From Camelus dromedarius (lineage: Eukaryota), in contig NC_087438.1 in the NCBI RefSeq assembly GCF_036321535.1, positions 12,712,001 to 12,776,000 of the forward strand: a DNA stretch of 64,000 bases. Reading direction: 5' to 3'. This document shows, piece by piece, positions 52,581 through 64,000 of the stretch (position 1 is the first letter of the stretch; each line of letters starts with the position of its first letter). The translations under genes and the position numbers were made by a program. The notes below the pieces were generated by a model. The model had not been told where the DNA came from. It did no database searches and was given only the letters and a program-made list of their open reading frames with translations.

Positions 52581-54869
52581 TAACTGACAGTGCATTCTTT
52601 CATTTACAAAAATATAATGGATATCTGCAAAGGGCTAGGTGGTTAGTCGGGGCGTTGGTATATTCTTCCCTTGAGGGGATTATGGTAGAATGTAAAAGGT
52701 AGACATAAAAATTGCTAATTATAATATAATGTGCTAAATAGATGTATGTTCAATGTCAGTGGAAGGTTAGGTTGAGTGCTGAGATTTGGCCCAAATCTTG
52801 AAGTGTCCGTGGAGTTTTGTAAGGAAGATCCCATGTAGAACAGCATGATGGCCCAGAGGAGGAAGAGACTGCAATATTAGGGTGGGGGAGAGGTATGGGG
52901 GAAAGTAAGGAAATATAAGGTGTTCTTTAGGTCCATGTGGACAAGGAATAGAAGAGGAGATGGGAAGAAGAAAAAGGTTTTAAGGCAGGTAGAGAAAAAT
53001 TGCATATTTGAGCTGCCTGGTGCAAAGGGTAGAGTGAAGAACAGCGACCAAAGCCAGCGTGGGGAAGCCGGTTTCTTGAGGGTGTCTCCACTGGAACATG
53101 GAGAGCAGAATTGAATCTTAGAAGGTGCTTGAAATAGAAGACTTCAAGGTGTCTTATTTATCATTGTGTCCTCCATGCCTGACATTGTATATATTCCTTA
53201 AAGGAAACTTCAAGTTGCTCACCATCAATATTGACAGTAAAAATGAAAAGAATAAGCTCTACTTTTTGAGGGAATTGGTTTAAAGAGAGATGGTTATAGT
53301 TGGAGAAGCCCTTTCTGGCACTAATGTGAGGGTGGTTGTCTTTAAAGCAGCCCCTCTGCAGTCGTTCCGGGTCTCTGGGAGTGCCTCGGAGACACAGGCC
53401 ATGCTGTCAGGGGGCCTGTATTATTGCTTTTTTCCCCCCTAACTGTATAGGTTTCAGCACGTCACCCAATCTCTTGAGCAACTTGTCCGTAGCTATATCC
53501 TGGGATCAAACATACATGTGGGTAGTCCCAGAGCTGAATATCCACATCTCACCAGGGGCCCTTTAAGACTAAATCTGGAGCCACTGTTTCCCTTTCTATT
53601 TCACTATTCCAATCTTGAAAGCATCAGAAATGATGATGAGAAACAGTCTAACTTTTTTTTGTTTGTTTCCTGAAGGAATAGAATATGAAAGTCAGGAAAA
53701 AATCTGTTCTCTTGTTACAGTGCTAAATTTGACTTTTGGTAGAATACACACAGGAATCGTCACAGGGATTGAATGAGTACAGCATTTCTTATAAAAGAGA
53801 GGGTGTCGTGCTTTTTGTGACCTGCCAAGGTTACCTGTCTGGTAATATCAAGGGTGATGGGAAAATATGAATACGAGTGATGAAACTCAGGCTTTGTGAG
53901 ATATTTCTTCCCGTGCATCTTAACTATCCTTAGAAGATCCTCTCTCAACAAGAAGCACACAGCCAAGATAGAAGCTTGTTTTGCAGGGATTGGGTGGGAG
54001 AGAGAAAAGAAAGGGGCATGAGGTGAATATAAGCCTATTCCAAAGTGAAATTTTGTCATTTTGCTGAGGGCGAAGGTGGCATCAGTTGCTTCAGTCATGA
54101 AGGAATCTGGGTTAATTATTACAACCAGAGAAGAAAAGAAATGTATGGTTCAGTATTAATTAATGACTTACTTGAGTTTTGTTTGTTTGGTATTTAGCTA
54201 CACACAGAGTTAGCCTAGGACAATACATCGAGTTAATCAAGAAGTTCCATAAAATCTGTCTACTCCTCTGTTTAATCTGTCGGGTTCTTGGTGGTTTCAG
54301 GGAGCGAGGTGCTGTAAGTCAGACTCTCCCTGGAAGAGCCAATACCCATGCTGTGATTTCACAGAGTACAGTCATTTATTATTGAAGTTGATACATTAAA
54401 AATGCACAGCCAGCTTCCTAATGTTCTTGAGAAATCAGCTCTTTTTCTTTCTTTATTAGCATTTCTTTTTGTCTAAAAGACTAAATATATTTTTATTTTT
54501 ACAGGAATGGTGAGGATATGCTGTCTACTGGTGACTATGTGAAACTGGGACACAAACTTAAAAAGATGGTGTCCTATTTTTAATAATAAATGATGACAAC
54601 TATTTTTTATATCCAACTTTCCCTACAGCTCTTAGCACTGTCGCTTCCTATTGTGACATATTAAAAGTGTGGAAATTCTAGATTTTTCTAAGCATCCACA
54701 CCAGGAAGTGACTTGTGAAGATCATCAGAGAGGTGTGAAAGGAGGACATCAGGGAGAAAGCAAAGAGAAAGTGTAAAGAAGCAAGAGATCTTTCTCTCGG
54801 AAGATCTTCCAGGGAAATCTTTCTGTGGGGACCAGTCCATCTATTTCAGGCTTTTTGGTTAGGGCTCCT

Positions 54870-56220
54870 GTCTTTTTCTCTCACCCTCCTTATCCAACCC
54901 ATTAGCAAATACTGTCGGTTCTGTCTTTAAAATCGATTTCTGGTTTGACAGGATCTCGCTATCTTCTTAGCTCTATTACTTTTTCACATCAGCAATTTCA
55001 ATAGCTTATCTTCCCCCCCATTTCCACAGTTGACCTGCTATATTTCTTCTCTGTAGAACAGCCTGGTCCCGAACTGAAGATCAGATCATATCAGTTTCTT
55101 GGCTGAAACTTCTCCCTGCCTCCCAGTCACTCTTAAGGTAAAATTCCAGCCCCTTACCATGGTTCATGAGACCTCTGTTGGGCAGACTTCTAGAACGTCC
55201 CTCGATGATCCCTGCTCCTGGTATTCATGCTCTTACATAATTCCTCATGTAGTGCTTGGCCTAGACCCAGTCACTTGTTCTGACAAATAGAATAAAGCAG
55301 AGTGATGGGGCCTGACTTCTATGATTAGATTACAAAACTGTCACTTCTTTTGACTGGCAGACTCTACTTCTCCTCTGCTCACTTTGATGAGACAGGCTGC
55401 CATGTTGGAGAGGCCCACAAGATGAGGAACTGAAGGTAGCCTCTGGCCAACAACCAGTGAGATAGCGAAGCCCTCTGTCCAACAGCCCACAGGAAAGTGA
55501 ATCTTGAATTCACAACCCTGTGAATGAGCTTGGAAGTGGAACCTTCTCGAGTTGAGACTTCAGAGGACCCCAGTTTGGGCCAACACCTTGAGTGCAGCCT
55601 GCAAGAGACTTTAAAGCAGAAGGTCCAGTCCAGCTGTGCATGGATTTATGATCTACAGCAACTGTGAGATAATAACAAATGTTGTTTCAAGTCTTGAGGT
55701 AATTTGTTACACAGCAATAGATAACTGATACATAGCCCTATAGGATCTGGTCCTTGGCTGCTTCTCAAACCTCACCTCCCATTACTTCTCTCCCAGTCAC
55801 TTTTCTCCAACAGCTCTGCCCTTATTTATTCTCCTTGGACACACCAAGCTTACTCCAATTCCATGGGCTTTATGCTTATTGTTTCCTGTGTCTGGAATGC
55901 TCTTATCCTAAACCTTCTCATGACTGTTCTTTCACACTTTCAGGCTTTGTTTCAATTATCACCTTTACACAGAAGCTCTCTCTGACCTCCCTCTGTGGAG
56001 AAGCTACAGCTACTATCTCCCTTCGCCTCCTTTTTGCCCCCATTCCCTCCTCTGTTCCTTTATCCTGCATTATTTCCCTCCCTGCCCTTACTCGTCTTTT
56101 TGTTTGCTCTTTATTGTCTCTCCCCTGCATTAGATGCTTAAGCTTCACGAGGGTCAGGGTTTGGTCTGTTCTCAGTGCTTAGAGTATATTATATACTCAC
56201 TGATTAAACATTTATTGAAC
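54870..56220 (+). mobile_element. LINE-2 fragment interrupted by an MLT1 LTR
   Basis: Pyrimidine-rich L2 sense motifs on both sides of 55176-55732, ending ..aaacatttattgaac. Confidence 0.6.
55176..55732 (+). mobile_element. MaLR solo LTR (MLT1E/F-like)
   Basis: TG..CA ends (tgttgggcagac.. and ..gcaatagataactgataca), with ctgccatgttggagaggccca..gaactga..gcctctggccaacaacc inside. Confidence 0.8.
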
Positions 56221-56479
56221 TAAGGGGTATATTTTACTATAACAAGAGGCTTTTCCTCATCTATAAAGTAATGATGTTGGAACAAATGCAATTTAATTCC
56301 TATCTATATCTAATCTTCTTGTTCTATGACTATTATAGTAAAGAGACTAGACAGCAAATCAAAATTGGACCAGAATGAGATTTGGGGCAAGGAAATTTTT
56401 TGGAGTGAAAAACATGGGGCGTGTGAGAGATTGTGGCTAGAGAGGATGTGAGACTGATGCCCCTGAACAGACACCATCT

Positions 56480-56650
56480 GGTCCAGGGGTGGCCCCTAGA
56501 GCTTCCTGTGATACAGAAGTGGTCTCTTCTGTGCTGCCCAGTGCAGGAGTCATGAACCACCACCTGTGGCTACTAAACTCTTGAAATGTGGCTAGTATGA
56601 CTGGGGATCTGAGTTTCCATTTTTATTTCATAAATGTAAATTTAACTGGC
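56480..56650. mobile_element. MER3/MER33-like hAT MITE
   Basis: ccacctgtggctactaaactcttgaaatgtggctagtatgact. Confidence 0.6.
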
Positions 56651-59439
56651 CCTTTTAGATTCTAAAGGATGTAATTCTTCTTTGGCACTCATATCTTACT
56701 TTCATAATCTGCTCCCAAATGAAAGGTAAGGGCATCCTAGGATGGCACAGTCAGATGGGTACACTGACTTCAGAGACTGCTAAATGACAAAAGAGGGTAT
56801 GTCTTCTATGTACTTGCTTTAGATTTATAACTAAAAAGCAAATTAGGAAAAGTACTTTTTGCATGGAACCAAAAAAGATTTGATGGACTAGTACTCAGTA
56901 CCAATTAAGTGCTTTTCTATAACAATGACAATTTGCCACGTGTTTGAATTTCTTCTCTCTCCCCTTATTTTACTTTTTAACGTGTTTTTGGTCCCATCGC
57001 TGTAGTTTTGAACCCTGGTGAAAGTAATCAAAACAAGTGTTCAGGTTGTCTGACACATTGAGTTCAAGTGTTGATTACCACCTAAAAATAGCTTTGTGGC
57101 TGATTCAGAACTTGAAATAATTCGTTTGATTACTGTGTTCTTTGGATTTGTGATGTCTCTTTTGTGATCTGGAATTTCAATCTCTGAGCTGCTATAGTTC
57201 TGCCCTTCTCGTCTTAATTTTTGTCCCTTTTGCCTCCCTGGAGACAGTCTGAGCTGTCTTTTAGCAAGTGATAAATGCAATGAAATGACCACTGCCTCAG
57301 CTACACTTCGTACTCCAGGGAACTCCTCCTTAGTCCAGGCGCTTGGCTGTAACTCCCGGTTTCTTAAAGAGCCCACACCCTTATTTTTTCTTTCTTTGAT
57401 AAAGATGTTAAAGGACGTGTTTACTTTTCTCGATAATAATAATAATGACTCAAGGAAGTTTTCCTTAATAACACATGAATGCAATGGCATCTGTGATAGG
57501 TGGTGTGTTACACAAGATTTGAGACGAAGAGCCTGCGTTTAAATTTATGCTCTGCTGCGTATTCATATGTGACCTTGAGAAAGTTGCTAAACATCACTGC
57601 TTAGTTTCCATTCTCTCACAGGCAAAACAGGAATGATAAAATGCATGTCTCCTGGTTGCTGTGAGAACTTCCTAAATTCCTATATGCGAAAACATTTCAC
57701 ACACAGAAGGGGGCGGAGGTGATGTGAGACTAAATTAACAAACAACCAAAAAAATAGGGGAGCTCATTTTAGTTTTAGGAACTGTCTTTGAACTTGTTCT
57801 CTTGGGATGTTAATTAGGTCTTCCCCCATCGTGAATTCCCCCTTCTTACATGTGGGTCTCTACTCAGATTTTGCCCTTCAGAGAGGACCTCCCTGACCTC
57901 TCTGTGTCTGTATCAAATAACCTTACTTTAAGCGAAGCTCTTAGTTATGTCTGAAATGGTCAGATTTACTTATTAGTCTCCGTGCGTATTAGCTGCCACT
58001 CTTCCCACACCCTTGAGGATATAAATTTCTTAAGGGCAGATACGCTGTTTTGTTTATTTCTGTATCCCCAGTGCCAGGAACATTGTCTACACATAGTAAG
58101 TGCTCAGTAAAGAATTGTTGACTGACAAATCCCCAGGAACACTCTTAAATTTGTCAGAAGCCAGCTGAGTTTTCCGTAATAGGCAATATTCACTGAATTT
58201 ATGAACTTTCCCACATATTATTCACTTTAACAACTTGGCTGCGATGGAAGCCATATTTCCTTTCAGACTCATTATGGGCTGCTGTGGGAAATACAATTTG
58301 TCACCCTGAATCCAGGTTAAATATTTTGGCACAGAGTTCCACAGTTCACTGGAAAGCTCTGGTAAATTCTTCACTGGATAGCATTACAGTCTATAATTTG
58401 TTAAGATAGATCTAGATGTATGTTTAGACTTAAAAAAGAAACATTTTAGTTCATTAGCGTCTATATGTTACACTTTTATCACATAACCCTCAGTGGTGTT
58501 CTCTCTTTGCATGTTGTGTAAAAATTCTAATTTTGGATTGCATTTAATTAATAATTAAATATTTTTATCATGCCACTCTTGCCGGCAGGAGTTGAAATAG
58601 TGGTCCACCAGCAAACATTTCAGAAAGTTTTCTCTTGCCATTTGCTAGTGCTCCAGCAAGGAGACTTTTTTTGCTGTGATGGGCACCCAGCTTTCCCAAG
58701 CTCTGGGGAGCAGAAGGAAATTCTGGTGCCCCTAATGGGACACTATTCCTAGAGAATGCCTGTAATTTGCTGCTTAAAGTGTCCAGCTGACAAAGAGGAA
58801 AAATGTGCAAAGTAACACAGTGATTCAGTAGCGGAAGAATTACTAGAATTGACCCCCCCAGTTTGGGGCTGGACTACTGATATTGTGGCATTAATTGACA
58901 AATTCAAGGCATTTCCTTGTGCAGAGGTTTTTATTATTCTTAGTGGACCTTCAAACTGGACAAACTCCTCTGAGTCACGTGACGTATCAGTTGTAGAGAA
59001 ATTCTCAAGGGTCTCTTGTGCTCTGAGGATTTGTAGGGAGCATTGTACACGTTCCCATACATAAATTAACCTACAGTGTTCATTCCATTGCTTTCATATG
59101 CTCATGTGTTGGGGCCCTCTGATGGTTAATTCATGAACCACCATGTTAAGTAAAAACAGGAAGAGTTTTTTTTTTTTTTTCCTTACCACGTGGTCCATGA
59201 GTGACAATGGCATCCTGGCAACTGGCACATCTGTTTTGAGTTACTGGTATTTAAAAAGAAATGAAATAAGGGGCTGAATTTATGTATTTTTTTGGTAACA
59301 TATTTATAATGCTTTTGAACTAAAATTATCTTGGTAAGTGATGCTATCAGGTAATCAAAATTCTTACTATGTCTCTCTGTCTGTGAGCCCAGGGATGCAG
59401 GAGAACGAAAGAGCAATAGAGCAAAATGCAGTTGGTCTG

Positions 59440-60700
59440 GAGACCGCGCTGTGTTTGCCCACTGCTCTGCCTGACTTGGTCTTCAGCTTCAGAAGTTTGA
59501 CTAAGATGCTTTTTGGTATGGATTTCTTTTGGTTTATCATGGTTCACTCTGCTTTTCGAATTCACACGTTTATAACTTTTGCCAAATTGGGAAGGTTTGA
59601 GCCGTTATGTCTTTGAGTATTTTTCTCATCTTTATCAATGACTCAAATGGCATAAATGTCAAAAATTTTGTTACGTAGTCCCATAGGTCTCAGACTATAG
59701 TAATATTTTTTTCAATCTATTCTCTCTCTTCAGATTTCATAATTTAATTTATATTGCTTTATCTTCGAGCTTACTGATCCTTTTCTCTGTCCCCTCCATT
59801 CTGCTGTTGAGTCCATCCACTGAAATATTTTTTTCTAGCTATCTTATTTTTCTGTTCAAAAATTCCTATTTGATCCTTCCTTATAGATTTTATTTATTTG
59901 ATGAGACTTTTTTTTCCCCATTTGTCTCAAGTGTGTTTGTAATTGCTTGTTAAAGCAAAATCTCAAACAACTCCAACATCTTTATCATGTTGGTGTTGGG
60001 GCTCTTTGTTACTGCAGAATGATGGCTGAGATTTCCCCAGTAGATCTCCACTGACTCCTTCCTGGCTGGGAGGGCTAAGAGTAATCATTACTGTGGCACC
60101 CATGACCACACAGAGCAGTGGGGTGGCCTCATTACTGCTAGGGGGTGGTGCAAGTCCTGACTCTCCCAAGACCTCCTCTGACACCTCCCTTTTACCAGTG
60201 GTGGGACTCCACTGAACCTGTTGTGGGTGGGGTCCTTGTTACAGTGGTGAAGGTGGAAGTCCTTGTTCCTCACTTAGTCTTTGTTGAAGTGTGTGACAGT
60301 GAGCCACAGATTTTTTTCCCCCTTATATTTGGCTGGAGTCAAGTGCTTTTTGTTTAAAAGTTTCTGTCTTACCAGATACCCGTTTCCTGGTCTTTGTCTA
60401 GAGAGATCAAGCTTTTATTGGTTTTTTTTTTTTTTTTTTTTTGGGTCTGCTTTCATTGAAACTTTTCCAGATTGTCAACTTCAATTTCTTTAGCTCTGAA
60501 TCTGGGATATATGAGGTAACAAGAAATCCAAGGAACTCACAACTGGGTGAGTCCTTGAGTCCCAAGGTCCATAGCTTATCTGCCTTCTACTCTCCACATT
60601 TCAAAGTTTTCTGACATTTTTTATAGATAATGTCCAGGGATTTTAATTGTACCTCGTGGAGGCGTAGGGAAAAGTGTGTTTACTCCATCTTCCTGTAAGT
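59440..60700 (-). mobile_element. Old L1M ORF1/5' region, degraded
   Basis: cttcagaagtttgactaagatg..ggatttcttttggtttatc..ccattctgctgttgagtccatccactgaa, typical of antisense old L1 ORF1. Confidence 0.6.
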
Positions 60701-61299
60701 AAATCCTTACATGATTTCATATTTACTTTTATTTATTTATTTTCTTTCACAAATACATTTCTGAAGCATTCAGAATTTATTTTGGTAAGATAGAGACCAA
60801 GCAAAGCAACTGCTTTTCCCTTCTTGTTTCATCTTTCAAGATTTCCTTTAAAATTCTCCTTTGGTCCCAGGTAGTTAGTCATCCTGTCTCAAGCATCTCT
60901 TTGAGTTTCATACTTACCTGCATGAGCGCTTTTCTTGCCATGTTATAAAATGGTTTGCTTTCCTATGTGATGTCCTCAAGGGTAGTGGATAATTTTTGGA
61001 TCTTTCCTGTCCTTTCTTTTCCGCCAGCACTTAGGCCCGCGGCTGGCAAGGAGGAGACACTTAGCTGATGTTTGTTGAATGACTGAATGAAGGAGAGAAT
61101 GCTTTACCTTCAGCTGCAGTTCCTTGCATCTCTTGGACATCCAAATGAGCAACTTCTCACCTTTGATTATAGCAGAGTTTTTCTGGTGATACTGGATCAT
61201 AGCTTGGGCAGCCGGTGTAAAACCATCTCCAGAAAGGCCTGGGAAAGGAAAGGAAGGACAGATATTGGACTTGACTTGGATGTTCTTAAATAAAATTCT

Positions 61300-61565
61300 G
61301 TCCAAGTTATGACTCCATGTATATGAAGTTCAAGAATAGGCCAAACAAATCAATGGTGATTAAAGTCAGGGTTCTGCTTCTGTCTGGGGTTGGGGTGGGG
61401 AATTGACTGGGAAGGGGAATGAGGAAACCTTCTGAGATTCTGGAAATGTTCTATATCTTGACCTGCATGGTAATTACATGGGTGTACACGTGTAAAAAAA
61501 TTAATGGAGTTGTACACTTAAGACTAGTGCATTTTAGAGTGTGTGTTTTATACCTCAACAACAAC
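61300..61565 (+). mobile_element. Old L1 (L1MC/ME-like) 3' end
   Basis: tatatgaagttcaagaataggccaaacaaatcaatggtgattaaagtcagg..gttgtacacttaagactagtgcatttt. Confidence 0.7.
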
Positions 61566-61599
61566 AAAAAAATCAGTACAAGGCAAAAATAAAGATTGG

Positions 61600-62350
61600 G
61601 ACCAAGCATTATTTTTTCTCTCCAAAAACCAACCAATTATCTTAATGGCATTTATTAAATAATCCAACTTTTTCTCAGAGGTTTAAAGTGTCACCTTTAT
61701 AATGTATTGGATTCCTGTATATATTTGGAGATATTTCTGAACTCTGTACTCAGTACTTTGATCTATCTGTCTGGCCACCAGTACTGAAATGTTTTAATTA
61801 GTATTTTGCTACCTGGAAGGTCTGATTTATCCTTATGATCCTTTATCAGAAATTTTATGAATATTCCTGTATTTTGTTTTCCAGGATGAATTTTAGAATG
61901 AGCTTGCCCATTAGAAAGAAAAAGCCTTCTTTGTGTTGCATCATACAGGGAATATTGACTATTTGAATACATTTAGGGATAATTGAGCCATTTAAAATAT
62001 TTGGTCTTTCTCTATGAGAACATGGTATTTAATTTATTGATCTCTTATGTATCTCAGGAGAGTTTTAATATTTTCTTCACAAAACTTTTACAAAAGTTTT
62101 ATTAAGTTTATTCTTTATTAGCTATTTTATTCTTTCTTTAGGCTGTCACAGTAAATGAGATCTCTGTTTTATATTATTTTCTGTTGTAAATTGCCTTCTT
62201 TGCTTTTTCCTTTATAATTAGCTATTTTGTCTATGTTCGGTGATTCAGTTTTGGATTAATTTTTTTTCTTTCAATAATTTAGAATTATTTCAATTTGTTT
62301 TTAGAATGCAGCTAAATCCTATTTTGGATTTTCTTTTTCAGTTAGAAAAT
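61600..62350 (-). mobile_element. Old L1 ORF2 fragment, degraded
   Basis: ccagtactgaaatgttttaattag..ttccaggatgaattttagaatgagcttg, an antisense L1 ORF2 pattern. Confidence 0.5.
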
Positions 62351-63799
62351 ACCTATTGTCCTTCCCTATAAAGGTGAGAACACTGGCAAAATTTTAATAT
62401 CTTTTACTTCCTTCCCTGCAACTCAAATTTGGCTGGCAGATCTGTATTTTCTTTATTTATCACCTTTAAGTAATCTCTTTAAGTGAATTCTGGACTCTTC
62501 ACAGTCAGTTCTTTTAAACATATCTATTTCCTGGAGCCAAGACGTTTTGACCTATAGCTTCCTCTGAAGGGGAGTGTGGTGTTCTACCCGTTGTTGTGGG
62601 TAAGAGTTTGGGTAGAAATGTAGGAAAGTCTTGGGGAAAGACTATGAAGGTGTTAGATCTTTGGTTTCCCAGAAGGAAGGTCAATTTTGACCTTCCTAAT
62701 TATCATTTGTCCCAGTTTAAAAAAAAAAAATGCTAGTAGTCCAGACATTAAGGACCTCCTGTGTTTTGCTTGTAATATTGAGGAACTGGTGGGCTTCTGA
62801 ATCTATTTTGCAGCAGATCCACATATGATCGTGACTAGGGCCACGTACAATTCTTTACAAAAGAGAAGAAAGCAATTAGACCTATTGTGTTCTGAGACTA
62901 TGCAGGGCACTTTACATACTCTTTCATTTAATCCTTGAGAGCAAGTGAACATGCGCAAAAACAAAAATCCCCCTTTAATTCCGGCTCTTTCCACTGTTGT
63001 GATGGCCACTTCCTGCCCTAATACACCCTCCTCCTCGTGGATGCCAATATTTTTACTTAGGGCATCTTTCTTTTCACCAAGACTTTGATCCTTTACAAAA
63101 TATGAATCAGACATTTTCCAGCATTTAAATGTATTACCAGTTCCTTGCACATGAATATGGATGACATGAGCAGAGCATTTAGCCAATAATGTGCGATCTA
63201 GGCACTTTAAGAACAGTGTCAGAGATTTTGAGCAGGAAAATAGGAAAGAATGAGGAAGACAGGGGAACTGAATATAAAATATTTCCCACTTTTGTCCTAG
63301 AATAAACCTGTGTAAGTGCTGAGATGGAGGTTTGTACCAATAAATACATGTGTTCTAATTACCAGTTCTGTCTAAAGAAGGGAAAATGCACTAGGTTACA
63401 AAAACCTAATGAGTGAGGATAGAGAGGACTAGGTCAGAAACAGATAAGGAGAAATCACTGAAGATGAAGAGGATGATGGAGGCATCAAAGGTCCTAGAAC
63501 AGGTGTAGTTATCATTAGAGAGGGTGGTTATAGGTGATGTAACAGGAAGGGCCCTGGGAAGCACTCCCTTTATTTCCATTCCTACTCCTGGTCCTGTGTC
63601 CATTGCCTACGGCCCCAACTTGAGTGGACAATTCTACCCCCAGCTTGTCTTTTCCTGCTTGAGTTCACTTCAGTTCAGCTCATCCTGGGTCTAGACAATC
63701 ATTACATGTGATCTTTGGGAATCATAGGCTAGATTATTCACTGAACATTAGTTAAGGCTATTCCTTTCATCTAAAAAGATTTTTAAAAATTAATTCACT

Positions 63800-64000
63800 A
63801 ATTAATTGATTTATTTATTGATGTATAGTCAGTTACAATGTGTCAATTTCTGGTGTACAGCACAGTGTCCCAGTCATGCATATACATACATATATTTGCT
63901 TTCATATTCTTTTTCATTATAGGTTATTACAAGATATTGAATATATTTCCTTGTGCTGTACAGAAGATATTTGTTTTTTTTTAAATCTATTTTTATATAT
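63800..64000 (-). mobile_element. Camelid-type LINE-1 3' end, cut by the window edge
   Basis: ttattgatgtatagtcagttacaatgtgtcaatttctggtgtacagcac..ataggttattacaagatattgaatata. Confidence 0.8.

Noticed and set aside
55754..56182. 142-aa ORF
   Set aside because: Low-complexity Leu/Ser/Pro translation of pyrimidine-rich L2 sequence.

Overview
Mammalian genomic DNA, AT-rich, CpG-poor and repeat-rich. It is most likely a camelid (alpaca/camel), judged from a tRNA-derived vic-1-like SINE and camelid-type L1 3' ends. It is not prokaryotic: no CRISPR array, operon or rRNA was seen. The one clear protein-coding sequence is an intact, intronless 352-aa retrocopy of the PA-TM-RING E3 ligase RNF167 (42483-43541, +). 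It has a polyA signal and a short A tail. Its GC-rich leader carries promoter motifs (BANP/ZBTB33 palindrome, ETS, CTCF-like), an apparently retained GT-AG intron and a start-stop uORF. The RING and PA domains are conserved while the TM/juxtamembrane part is strongly diverged, which suggests a functional retrogene. Other notable items are an ERV transcript end retrocopied by L1 machinery, an internally deleted L1 inside one TSD pair, a recursive-splice-like site, and a speculative chain of minus-strand exon-like segments with weak resemblance to Slo (BK) channel RCK domains. Repeat family names come from recalled consensus sequences and their boundaries are approximate.
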